From the NCBI GenBank assembly GCA_041739545.1, contig JBGSNR010000042.1, forward strand, positions 1-63,997: a stretch of 63,997 bases of DNA. The letters run 5' to 3'. The DNA is from Pirellulaceae bacterium. GTDB lineage: Bacteria; Planctomycetota; Planctomycetia; Pirellulales; Pirellulaceae. A program made the translations under genes and the position numbers. The notes beneath the pieces are model-generated. The model was not told where the DNA came from, ran no database searches, and saw only the letters and a program-made list of their open reading frames with translations. Numbering within the stretch: the first letter of the stretch is position 1; every line of letters starts with the position of its first letter. Below, one piece after another: positions 38,845-47,447 of this stretch.

Positions 38845-40185
38845 TTGTTTCCGCATCCCCATTCATCGGGCTCGTTATTTTCCATGACCCAAAGCACTAA
38901 CCTGCGCAATGTCATCTGCCTCGTCCTTGGTGGCGGACGCGGCACGCGACTTTACCCCCTTACCAAGTACCGCTCGAAGCCAGCCGTGCCGCTCGCGGGG
39001 AAGTACCGCTTGATCGACATCCCGCTTTCGAACTGCATCAACAGCGGGATGAACAGCATCTATGTATTGACGCAGTTTTTGTCGGTCAGCCTCCATCGTC
39101 ATATTCGGCAGACCTATCGCTTCGATCACTTCAGCGGCGGCTTCGTGGAGCTCTTGGCTGCGCAGCAAACGGCCGGTGCAGATACCGACTGGTACGAAGG
39201 GACGGCTGACGCTGTCCGCAAGAATATTCGCTACCTGCAACAACCTGGGATCGACTACGTCGTGATCCTCTCCGGCGATCAGCTTTATCGCATGAACTAC
39301 TGCGACATGCTGAATTCACACATCAAAAACGGCGCCGACGCCACTATCGGCGGGCTCCCCGTCGATCGCGAACAGGCCAAGTCGTTTGGCATCATGCGAT
39401 TGGCAGACGACGGCCGCGTGCTGGGCTTTCTGGAGAAGCCGCAAACCGACAAGGAAATGGATCACGTGCGAATGGATCCCGCGTGGATTGATTCACGTGG
39501 GATTCCAAGCAAAGGGCGTGACTTGATCGCGAGCATGGGGATTTATGTCTTTAATCGCGATGTATTGCTCGAACTGCTGCTGAAGACCAACTATCTCGAC
39601 TTCGGCAAAGAAGTATTCCCGGCCTCGGTACGAGCGAAGAATGTTTGTGTGCACCTGTTCGACGACTACTGGGAAGACATCGGCACGATCAAGGCTTTCT
39701 ACGATGCGAATCTGAGTTTGTGTTCCAGCAATCCGCCGTTTCATTTGGTCGAACAAGGTGCGCCGATCTACTCGCGTCCGCGGTACTTGCCCCCCACGTT
39801 GCTGGATGGCGCCACCGTGAAAGGAAGCCTCATTGCCGACGGTTGCCGGATTGGTAAAGGAGCGGTGATTGAAAACAGTCTGGTCGGCCTGCGCTGCATC
39901 ATCGGCGAAGGGGTGACGATCAAAAACACCGTGATCATGGGTGCCGACTCGTACGACTCCAAGCCAGGGTTGGAAGTGAACGGCCTTCCCCCCATGGGAA
40001 TCGGTGCCGGCAGCTACATCGACGGCGCGATTCTGGACAAGAATTGCCGCGTTGGGCGGAACGTGCGGATCGTGAATGAAGGCAAAGTCGAAGAGCAAGG
40101 GGACGACGAAAGCTGCATCATCCGCGAAGGGATTCCGATCGTGGTAAAAGACGGCCTGGTGCCGGATGGCTGGCGTTTGGTTTGA
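38845..40185 (+). CDS. glgC: glucose-1-phosphate adenylyltransferase
   Basis: VICLVLGGGRGTRLYPLTKYRSKPAVPLAGKYRLIDIPLSNCINSG and a left-handed beta-helix C-terminus. Probable start is 38884. Confidence 0.9.
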   Translation: MFPHPHSSGSLFSMTQSTNLRNVICLVLGGGRGTRLYPLTKYRSKPAVPLAGKYRLIDIPLSNCINSGMNSIYVLTQFLSVSLHRHIRQTYRFDHFSGGFVELLAAQQTAGADTDWYEGTADAVRKNIRYLQQPGIDYVVILSGDQLYRMNYCDMLNSHIKNGADATIGGLPVDREQAKSFGIMRLADDGRVLGFLEKPQTDKEMDHVRMDPAWIDSRGIPSKGRDLIASMGIYVFNRDVLLELLLKTNYLDFGKEVFPASVRAKNVCVHLFDDYWEDIGTIKAFYDANLSLCSSNPPFHLVEQGAPIYSRPRYLPPTLLDGATVKGSLIADGCRIGKGAVIENSLVGLRCIIGEGVTIKNTVIMGADSYDSKPGLEVNGLPPMGIGAGSYIDGAILDKNCRVGRNVRIVNEGKVEEQGDDESCIIREGIPIVVKDGLVPDGWRLV

Positions 40186-40191
40186 GAAGCA

Positions 40192-40211
40192 TCGCTGCCG
40201 AGTTGCAGCGA
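40192..40211 (+). terminator. weak hairpin after glgC stop
   Basis: TCGCTGC-CGAGTT-GCAGCGA immediately after the stop codon. Only a partial T tract follows (CAGTTTGCG). Confidence 0.25.
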
Positions 40212-40448
40212 CAGTTTGCGATGAACTGAGCACGCAACGGAGGCTGCTTTGATAACTGCTTCGTCTTGACCTCCCGACGCACTGACGGGTCACGGCCTCG
40301 GCAGCAAAGATTGCCTGGCGGAAACGCTTTTGTGCGTTGCCATGCAAGTTTGTCAGATTAAGCACACTCGCTGCAAATTTCTGATAAAACGACGAGCAAT
40401 ATCTCAGCCGGGCCATCGCGTCATCCGATCGTTTCTAACGTAATATCC

Positions 40449-41348
40449 TTGACGTTACGGCCCGTTTTCAAGACGCGGAAGAACGTCTGGATCGTGTATA
40501 ACGGACAGCTCAACTGTGTCACCCTCACCCGCATTGAAAGGGAGCGTTCTATGCTCTCCCTCGACGACCTCTGCCGCGTGCTCGAAGCTTTTGCTCCACC
40601 CGTGCTGAGCGAAGATTGGGACAACGTTGGCTTGCTGGTCGGCGAGCGCGATCGGAAAATCGAGCGGGTGATGACCTGCCTGACCATCACCCCCGATTCC
40701 GCGGCCGAAGCGATCGAGCGGCAGGCGGATGTGATTGTCGCCCATCATCCGCTCCCATTTCAGCCATTGAAACGGATCACCAGCGAAACGACGGTTGGCC
40801 GCTTGCTACTTGGCTTGATCCGGGCGAACATTGCCATCTATAGTCCGCATACCGCGTTTGATTCCGCCGCGGCAGGAATTAATCAGGGTTTGGCGGAAGG
40901 CTTGGGACTTCTCGACATCGAGCCGCTTGAGGTTTCTGCCGCGGCAATAACGCAGCCGGGCGTCGGCAGCGGAAGATTAGGACGATTGCCCCAGCCGACG
41001 ACCCTGTCGGAAATCGCCGCTCAGCTGAAAACATTTTTGAAGATCAAAGAACTACAACTGGTCGGCGATGATGAACAACTGATCGAGCGCGTCGCTCTCG
41101 CTTGCGGCAGTGCGGGGGGCTTTCTCAAACAGGCGATCGCCCGCGATTGCCAATTGTTCGTTACCGGCGAAACAACCTTTCACACCTGCCTGGAAGCCGA
41201 CGCCCGCGGCATCGCCTTGCTCCTTCCCGGCCACTACGCCAGCGAACGTTTTGGTATTGAACGCTTGTCTGCATTTCTGGCCCAGCAGTTTCCGCAACTC
41301 GTCGTTTGGCCGAGTGAGTCTGAAGGCGATCCGCTGCGTTGGGGCTAA
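40449..41348 (+). CDS. Nif3-family dinuclear metal centre protein (YqfO/GTP cyclohydrolase 1 type 2 homolog)
   Basis: LSLDDLCRVLEAFAPPVLSEDWDNVGLLVG...VIVAHHPLPF...IAIYSPHTAFD. Probable start is 40551. Confidence 0.85.
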   Translation: MTLRPVFKTRKNVWIVYNGQLNCVTLTRIERERSMLSLDDLCRVLEAFAPPVLSEDWDNVGLLVGERDRKIERVMTCLTITPDSAAEAIERQADVIVAHHPLPFQPLKRITSETTVGRLLLGLIRANIAIYSPHTAFDSAAAGINQGLAEGLGLLDIEPLEVSAAAITQPGVGSGRLGRLPQPTTLSEIAAQLKTFLKIKELQLVGDDEQLIERVALACGSAGGFLKQAIARDCQLFVTGETTFHTCLEADARGIALLLPGHYASERFGIERLSAFLAQQFPQLVVWPSESEGDPLRWG

Positions 41349-41351
41349 GCG

Positions 41352-42170
41352 ATGAGCAACTCACAGCAGAACGGCCGGTTGGCAGTGTACAATTTAGCGC
41401 TATTGGCCGGGGAGCTGATTCTGGTCGGAATTCTTGGCTCCCAGCAGTGGCTCTATCACGAGCTCCCTTTCTTTGCTTTCATCGGCTTGGTCTATGCCCA
41501 CTCGCTGTACATCGGGGCACTAGGGAGCATGGGGCCTTGGCCTTGGCAGATTCGTTTGCCCGTGGCTGGCGCGGCGTGGTTTCTTACTGTACTGCTCGAC
41601 CTGATGGTCTGCATCGGAACGATGTACAATCCGCCCCCGTGGGAGGTCCACTTGATGCTGGCTGCCTCGACCGTCATTCTGGTCGTCGCGCTGCAACTGC
41701 CGATCGGTCCGCGGTTTCGTCGCTGGCGGTTGCGAACCGATTGGGAGTCGGAACCAGCGGGGTCGACCACCTTTACCCTGCGTCACATGTTTGCCTGGAC
41801 GACCATCGTGGCCGTGATGCTCGCGGTCGGGCGTCTGATCGTGGCGATCATTCCCCAAGATAGCAGTCGAGGGGGCAGAAACATCCTGTACCTGGCGATC
41901 ATTTTTTTTGAGTTCGTGGTCGCCACCTTATTAATTGCCTGGCCGCTTCTGTGGGCAGTATGGTCACGCTCGTGGGGGACCAAGTTGGTGCTCAGCGGCG
42001 TGATTGCGATTGTCGCCACACTCGTGCAAGCCAGTGTGTTGGAAGCGACGACGGGCCGGGGGGAATTCCTGGAGGCGGTCGGCTATTTGATGCTTTCGAA
42101 CGGAACCATGTTTGTGGTTTTGCTGATGCATGCCGCCGTTGTCCGCTGGTTTGGTTATCGCTGGGCTTGA
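41352..42170 (+). CDS. hypothetical polytopic membrane protein
   Basis: Six or more hydrophobic helices. Starts 4 bp after the Nif3 stop. Confidence 0.5.
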   Translation: MSNSQQNGRLAVYNLALLAGELILVGILGSQQWLYHELPFFAFIGLVYAHSLYIGALGSMGPWPWQIRLPVAGAAWFLTVLLDLMVCIGTMYNPPPWEVHLMLAASTVILVVALQLPIGPRFRRWRLRTDWESEPAGSTTFTLRHMFAWTTIVAVMLAVGRLIVAIIPQDSSRGGRNILYLAIIFFEFVVATLLIAWPLLWAVWSRSWGTKLVLSGVIAIVATLVQASVLEATTGRGEFLEAVGYLMLSNGTMFVVLLMHAAVVRWFGYRWA

Positions 42171-42361
42171 GCGCGCCGACCGAGCAAAACTGGCGGAATG
42201 AAGCTGATTCTCCAGTTGCCTAAACTCTTTCATCTGGCTATCTTTCGCCTTTACTCGCCACCTTAACACGATTTCTATTTGCAATTCAATTGACAAAGCA
42301 ACTCAATTCGAGATAATAGCGGGCGTCAAAAGCACTCGTTCATTAATGCTGGAAGGCCAGA

Positions 42362-43234
42362 ATGATGTCCCGCCGTACCGGATTTACACTCGTGGAATTG
42401 TTGGTCGTCATCGCGATCATTGGCATTCTCGTGGCCTTACTTCTGCCGGCCGTGCAAGCCGCGCGGGAAGCGGCCCGGGCAAACTCCTGCAAAAACAACC
42501 TGCATCAGGTGGGCATCGCCCTGCACAATTTTCATGACGTGAACGGCGGGCTTCCCGCGGGCTGGACCGGTAATCCAGGTCCTGAAGATGGCCCCGGCTG
42601 GGGTTGGCTCTCGGAGGCGATGCAGATGATGGAAGCCGGCAATTTACACAACAGCATCAATCGCTCGTTGCCGGTGGATGATCCTGCGAACCAGGCAGCT
42701 CGTGTGAGCATTGTGAAAAGTTTTCTGTGTCCCAGTGATCCGCTGGAAGCCGTCGTTTTTGCCGGGGATGAATCGGGAGACGATTCGCAGCGGAGCGTCG
42801 ACAAACGGGGCAATCCTATCCTGCAAGTCTCGCGCACGAACTACGTCGGGGTTTTTGGCACCTTTGAAATCGAAGACAATCCTTCCGAAGGGGACGGCGT
42901 TTTCTTTCACGGCCGACGGATTCGCTTTGCCGACATCACGGACGGCCTTAGCAATACGAGCGTGGCCGGGGAACGTTCCTCGCGGTGGGGTGCTTCGATG
43001 TGGCAAGGCTTCGCGCCGACTGTCGCTGAGCCACTCGCTCGGATCGTCGGTGTGGCGGATCATACTCCGAACCATATCCATCACCATTTCGACGACTTCA
43101 GCAGCTACCACATCGGCGGTGCCCACATGGTCTTTGGCGACGGCTCCGTCCACCGCGTGAGCAACAACATCTCGGAAGATGTCTGGAAGGCTTACTGCAC
43201 ACGGGGCGGAGGCGAAGCAGTCGTTTCGCCGTAA
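42362..43234 (+). CDS. prepilin-type N-terminal domain protein, DUF1559 (H-X9-DG) family, second copy
   Basis: [46 protein letters not shown], and C-terminal HIGGAHMVFGDGSVHRVSNNIS. Confidence 0.88.
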   Translation: MMSRRTGFTLVELLVVIAIIGILVALLLPAVQAAREAARANSCKNNLHQVGIALHNFHDVNGGLPAGWTGNPGPEDGPGWGWLSEAMQMMEAGNLHNSINRSLPVDDPANQAARVSIVKSFLCPSDPLEAVVFAGDESGDDSQRSVDKRGNPILQVSRTNYVGVFGTFEIEDNPSEGDGVFFHGRRIRFADITDGLSNTSVAGERSSRWGASMWQGFAPTVAEPLARIVGVADHTPNHIHHHFDDFSSYHIGGAHMVFGDGSVHRVSNNISEDVWKAYCTRGGGEAVVSP

Positions 43235-43257
43235 GACCGACGTTCATCGCTTGTGTT

Positions 43258-45510
43258 TCACTTGACCGGAACCACCAGGATGGCGTCAAGAATAACGAAG
43301 CCGATGGTGTCCGTGTTTTTGATGTGGATGGTGGTTTCGACACCGGCCTCCAACTCAACGGTGCCAATGAGCTGAAAATGCTGACCGTTGGGCAAAGGTA
43401 GGGTTTGGTCAACGGTGAACTTCGTTTCGCCCGTGCCGCTGGCAACGGTCACAGGGACGTTTTTGGCACGGGTCTCATGCGCGGAATAGGCCATCAGCAA
43501 CTTGTACTGGCCCGACTTGGGAGCCTTGAAACGGAAGGTTGCTGAATCCTTGCCGTCGCCACGAGCGTCTTTCGCTCCGCTAAAAACGTAGCCGCTTCCC
43601 ACACATGGTTTGAACTGCGCCGATGGCTTCCAATTGCCGGCGAGTTCTGCGGTGGCGTCGTCGAGAACTATGCCTGGCAAAGAATCCACCGGGATGAATC
43701 CGCTTCCTGACGTCGCCTCCGTCTTCACCACCTCAGGCAGGTCGAGTACCTGTCCCTGCGCCAATAGCCGCTCGCGCAGCACTGAATAGGGCAAATCTTG
43801 CACTGCGATATCTCGTTTTGCTGCCAGTGCCGCCGCTACCCCCGCCCCCTGGCCGATGACCATCCATGCCCCTTCGATCCGCAAGGATGACATCCCGACA
43901 TGCGTACAGGAAAGTGCCACCGGTACGAGCAGGTTGCTGCACTGGTCAGCCTTCGGCAGCACGGAACGATAGGGGACGTGATAGGCGTATCCAATCCCGG
44001 TCCCTTTGACTCGCACCGGGAAGATCGTCCCCTCGTTAATTACCCCGCCGTCCTTCAATGCCACGCGCTGGCAGTCGTGCGAGTCGATGGGGAAAGAAGA
44101 GATTGCGATGGGGTCGTCCTTTTTCGGCGAATCGATAATGTCTTTTTGGGAAATCACATACATTCCCTGCAAGCGGCGGGATTCACGAACGTAGAGTGCG
44201 GGTGAAAAGTGCTCCGTTTCGGCGAACTCGTCTTTGCAGAGCCCGAGGTCGGCGAACTTGTCACGGATGTTTTTCGGCACGGCCGGATCGGTACAGAGGA
44301 AATGGATGAACTCCAGCGTGTACTGCTGGTGAGCTTCCCAAATCTTTTGGCGGCCCGCTTCATCCGCGCTGTGCCAGTCGTTGCAAGCACCGACGAGTCC
44401 CAAAGAAATTTGCCCGCCGATCGAATTATTGCCGTCGACTTTTTTGCCGGGCAGCGGATAGAGATCAAAACCCACGTGGGCACCAACTTTAAGAGCCCGG
44501 CGGGCCAGTTCGAAGCGGGCGGGATCGTAGTTCGCCGGTCTGGGCATCGGAACCCTATTCGTTGGGTCCGACGTCAGGCAGAGCCGGAAGCTATAGGTCA
44601 TCAGGTTCTTGTCCCCTGCTTCGTCGGGACCGGCGTCGCTGGTGGTGATGAGCGGCAGAAGGTTGCCTTTCTCATCGAAGCCGCTGATATTCATTTTCCG
44701 CTTCGGAAATTGTTTTCCAGCGTAGGATTCGCCGAACTCGGCACGACTTTCGCGGCCAATCGTCCAGCTCACACCAGCGGCGGCCATGAGATCTCCCTCG
44801 TAGGAGCCGTCGACGAAAACCTTGGCCTGGAACTCACCTTGCTTGGTGACGAGCGACGTGATGCGCGTGCCGTTTTTCTTGACCGAGATAAGATACTGCT
44901 TGGTCATCACGGTGACGCCGCTCTCCTTCAGCATCTGCGAGGTTACGCGCGAGGCGACGTGCGGTTCAAACGTCCACCGCGCCTGGTCTTTGAGTTGCGG
45001 ATCGTAGGGCGCGGGAAGCCCACGGTCGGTGTAGTCCTTTACAATCCGCGTGTGCCATTCGTCGAATAGGCCCAGCAGCGTAGAACGCACCATTTGATTG
45101 GAGTCGCAGTGGCTCAGACCACCAGTGCTGAGGCCGCCGACATGAGCGGTCGGCTCGAGAAGAATCACCGAAGCACCCTCGCGGGCGGCGGCGATGGCGG
45201 CGCAGAACCCGCCCGGCGTAGAACCATAAACGATGACGTCGGCGGAGTTTTGCGCGAACGCTGCGAAGATTGTGGAAACCCACATAACCAAGGATAAGGC
45301 AACCGTGCGTGTGCTCATCGGCAACATTCTCTTTTGCGATCGTTGGGAAATCCTACGTACCTGAAATTGATGCCATTCAGCCGTCCTTTGCAAAAACGAG
45401 CCAACAGCCCTATTAGTCCACAACGTCATTCGGGGCCGCGGGGGCGGGAGGACCAGTCGGCTTGGGCGGCGGGTTGGGATTGGGCTTCGGCGGCGGCGGA
45501 CGACCTTCAC
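43258..45510 (-). CDS. secreted FAD-dependent oxidoreductase (PF12831-like; often mis-annotated as xanthan lyase) with extra C-terminal beta domain
   Basis: Signal peptide, then ADVIVYGSTPGGFCAAIAAAREGASVILLEPTAHVGGLSTGG (FAD-binding GxGxxG). Probable start is 45327 or 45318. The first ~60 codons of the ORF are Arg/Pro-rich and probably untranslated. Confidence 0.75.
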   Translation of the reverse strand: MKVVRRRRSPIPTRRPSRLVLPPPRPRMTLWTNRAVGSFLQRTAEWHQFQVRRISQRSQKRMLPMSTRTVALSLVMWVSTIFAAFAQNSADVIVYGSTPGGFCAAIAAAREGASVILLEPTAHVGGLSTGGLSHCDSNQMVRSTLLGLFDEWHTRIVKDYTDRGLPAPYDPQLKDQARWTFEPHVASRVTSQMLKESGVTVMTKQYLISVKKNGTRITSLVTKQGEFQAKVFVDGSYEGDLMAAAGVSWTIGRESRAEFGESYAGKQFPKRKMNISGFDEKGNLLPLITTSDAGPDEAGDKNLMTYSFRLCLTSDPTNRVPMPRPANYDPARFELARRALKVGAHVGFDLYPLPGKKVDGNNSIGGQISLGLVGACNDWHSADEAGRQKIWEAHQQYTLEFIHFLCTDPAVPKNIRDKFADLGLCKDEFAETEHFSPALYVRESRRLQGMYVISQKDIIDSPKKDDPIAISSFPIDSHDCQRVALKDGGVINEGTIFPVRVKGTGIGYAYHVPYRSVLPKADQCSNLLVPVALSCTHVGMSSLRIEGAWMVIGQGAGVAAALAAKRDIAVQDLPYSVLRERLLAQGQVLDLPEVVKTEATSGSGFIPVDSLPGIVLDDATAELAGNWKPSAQFKPCVGSGYVFSGAKDARGDGKDSATFRFKAPKSGQYKLLMAYSAHETRAKNVPVTVASGTGETKFTVDQTLPLPNGQHFQLIGTVELEAGVETTIHIKNTDTIGFVILDAILVVPVK

Positions 45511-46663
45511 AGGGAACCGTTAAACCTAACCCTTCGCGCCAGGTGTAGCTCACCGTGTAGGGTTCCCAGCCAGCCATGACATCCATCTCGTCGCAGACAC
45601 TGCGCGCTGCCACGTAGGCGTCAAAACTGTCGTCCCAAACCAGAAACCGCAAGTAGAAACTATCCCCGTGCTGTTGCTTCAGAGCCAGCAGACCGCGTTG
45701 AAATTTAGAACTCTTGTTGACAACTTGCTGAGGCGTCTCACCGCCGGTAGGTCGCAGTTCGAAGACAATCTGGACGCTGAAATTAACGACGGCCAACTGC
45801 ACCTTGAAGTTGCTATCGTAGACCCGGCTATTCTTATTGAATTCGGCCACCAGCTTTTCGCAATCGACTTCTCCGCTCTTCTTTTTGAGCGTGGGCGAAC
45901 GCAGCAAGGCCTCTACCTGCTTCTTGCAGCGACTCTTAATGTCTGTTGGATTGAAAGGTACGATCTGGCCATCGCGCACAATCACGCGATATTCCTTCGC
46001 CCCTGTCGGAGGATTACGTGGGTTCGGCAGGTTAACGATTTTAGCAGGGGGTGCTGCCACAACTTCCGTTTCGTCGAGCAAGGCTTTCAGGCGAGCCAGT
46101 TCCGATTCGACAGTAACAAGCTGCTTGCTTAATTCATCCCCCTTCTTCTTCTCTGCTTCGACCTTCGTTTTGGCGTCGTCAACCTTTGCTTCAGGAATAA
46201 TCTGTTTAGGTTGCTGCGCTTTAAGGGCACTAATCTGCTGAACCAGCACCCCGAAATTCTCCGTTGGCCCCGGGCCACTGGTCTGAGTGACCTTGGCTTC
46301 GAGTTCGGTCCGCAGCGCGCGAAGCTGCGCGGCTTCCTTATCCGCCTTGGTCAAATCGGCCGGCGAAACATTGAGCTGAGAAGGATCGATATCGAGAATG
46401 CGCTGCACCGCTTGCTGAACATTGAGAGTCGTCAACATCAGCACCATCACCAGCACACCGACCACATTGGTCAATGTGTCCAGGAGGGAATCCAGATTCA
46501 TCTCCGCGTTATTGCGAGGTCGCTTGGCCATACGCGTCCATTGCCTAGTTGCTGGTGAAGAGGGAGAGGTCAAGGTTTCCTTGCGAACCGATCGCCAACT
46601 TGCCGTTCGACACCAACCGGCCGCGGGCAATATTCCGGGCTGCGTTATAGGTCCCGACCCCAT
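45413..46663 (-). CDS. ExbD/TolR-like TM protein with coiled-coil and unknown C-terminal domain (third gene of the motor-like operon)
   Basis: Probable start 46531 (MAKRPRNNAEMNLDSLLDTLTNVVGVLVMVLMLTT, an ExbD-type N-terminus plus TM). A ~100-aa coiled coil follows, then a ~200-aa novel domain and a Pro-rich tail. Using 46531 removes the overlap with the upstream gene. Confidence 0.6.
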   Translation of the reverse strand: MGSGPITQPGILPAAGWCRTASWRSVRKETLTSPSSPATRQWTRMAKRPRNNAEMNLDSLLDTLTNVVGVLVMVLMLTTLNVQQAVQRILDIDPSQLNVSPADLTKADKEAAQLRALRTELEAKVTQTSGPGPTENFGVLVQQISALKAQQPKQIIPEAKVDDAKTKVEAEKKKGDELSKQLVTVESELARLKALLDETEVVAAPPAKIVNLPNPRNPPTGAKEYRVIVRDGQIVPFNPTDIKSRCKKQVEALLRSPTLKKKSGEVDCEKLVAEFNKNSRVYDSNFKVQLAVVNFSVQIVFELRPTGGETPQQVVNKSSKFQRGLLALKQQHGDSFYLRFLVWDDSFDAYVAARSVCDEMDVMAGWEPYTVSYTWREGLGLTVPCEGRPPPPKPNPNPPPKPTGPPAPAAPNDVVD

Positions 46664-47405
46664 CGGGGCGAATCAAAAATACCACCGTTGTTTTCGGCGT
46701 CCGCTTGACTTGCTCGAGCAGTTTGGTGAATTCCGCATGTCCCGCCATCTGAGCCGCCGGGATCCGCAACGGATCGGGGCGGTCATGCAGCACAATGCTC
46801 CCCGCACTGCATTCCACAAACACCGGCTTTAAGTCCGAGCCACTTCCGCTGGGCTTGATTTGCACCTGAGCTTCTTCCGGCGGCTCCTTGAGTTTAGCCA
46901 CTTCTGCTTTTAGTTTTTCCAGTTGCGCTAGCAGCGGCTTCAGACGTTCTTCCAAGGCGGCATTCTCTTGGAGTAGCTGGTCCAAACGCTGCTGCTGCAC
47001 GTTCAAAGCGATTTCTCGTTGTGTTGCCATTTCTGCATTGCTGACCACGCTCGCCTGCAGCGCAGCCGCCTCTTTTTTTGCTTCGGCAATATTCGCGGCC
47101 ATGATCGCGGCATCTTGCGCCGCGGCTTGGACCTTACTGACCTGAATTTTGAGTTCCGCCAGCTTCTCCTGATCGGCTTTGGCTTGATCGCGCAGTTGCT
47201 TGAACTTCTCTGCCCGAGCCTTTGCTTCGGCAGCCGCTTCCGCCGCTGCCTCGGCGTCGGCAGTCGCTTGGGGATTGTCTTTGCCGATCTGTCCCAGGGT
47301 GATGGCCGTAATCATCAGCACGAGAATCCCAATCACCGCAGCCAGAATGCTGAGAAAAGGAAACAAGCTAACGGAATCCTCGATACTTGCTTTCGCTCGA
47401 GCCAT
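46545..47405 (-). CDS. ExbD/TolR-family protein with ~150-aa coiled-coil insertion
   Basis: N-terminal FPFLSILAAVIGILVLMITAIT (ExbD-like TM). C-terminal VFVECSAGSIVLHD...TTVVFLIRPDGVGTYNAARNIARG...KLAIG aligns to the ExbD periplasmic domain (VILSVKADGSVYL...TTIFFRADKTVDYETLMKVMD..AG..KIGLV). Confidence 0.7.
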   Translation of the reverse strand: MARAKASIEDSVSLFPFLSILAAVIGILVLMITAITLGQIGKDNPQATADAEAAAEAAAEAKARAEKFKQLRDQAKADQEKLAELKIQVSKVQAAAQDAAIMAANIAEAKKEAAALQASVVSNAEMATQREIALNVQQQRLDQLLQENAALEERLKPLLAQLEKLKAEVAKLKEPPEEAQVQIKPSGSGSDLKPVFVECSAGSIVLHDRPDPLRIPAAQMAGHAEFTKLLEQVKRTPKTTVVFLIRPDGVGTYNAARNIARGRLVSNGKLAIGSQGNLDLSLFTSN

Positions 47406-47447
47406 CGTTTCGATCCTGCTGCCAACTCGACTAACAACTTTACCGTG

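Noticed and set aside
45413-46663. 119-bp overlap between the two ExbD-like ORFs as listed in the ORF track
   Set aside because: Using the internal ATG at 46531 (MAKRPRNN..., which also begins the ExbD-like N-terminal motif) removes the overlap and leaves a 13-bp spacer.
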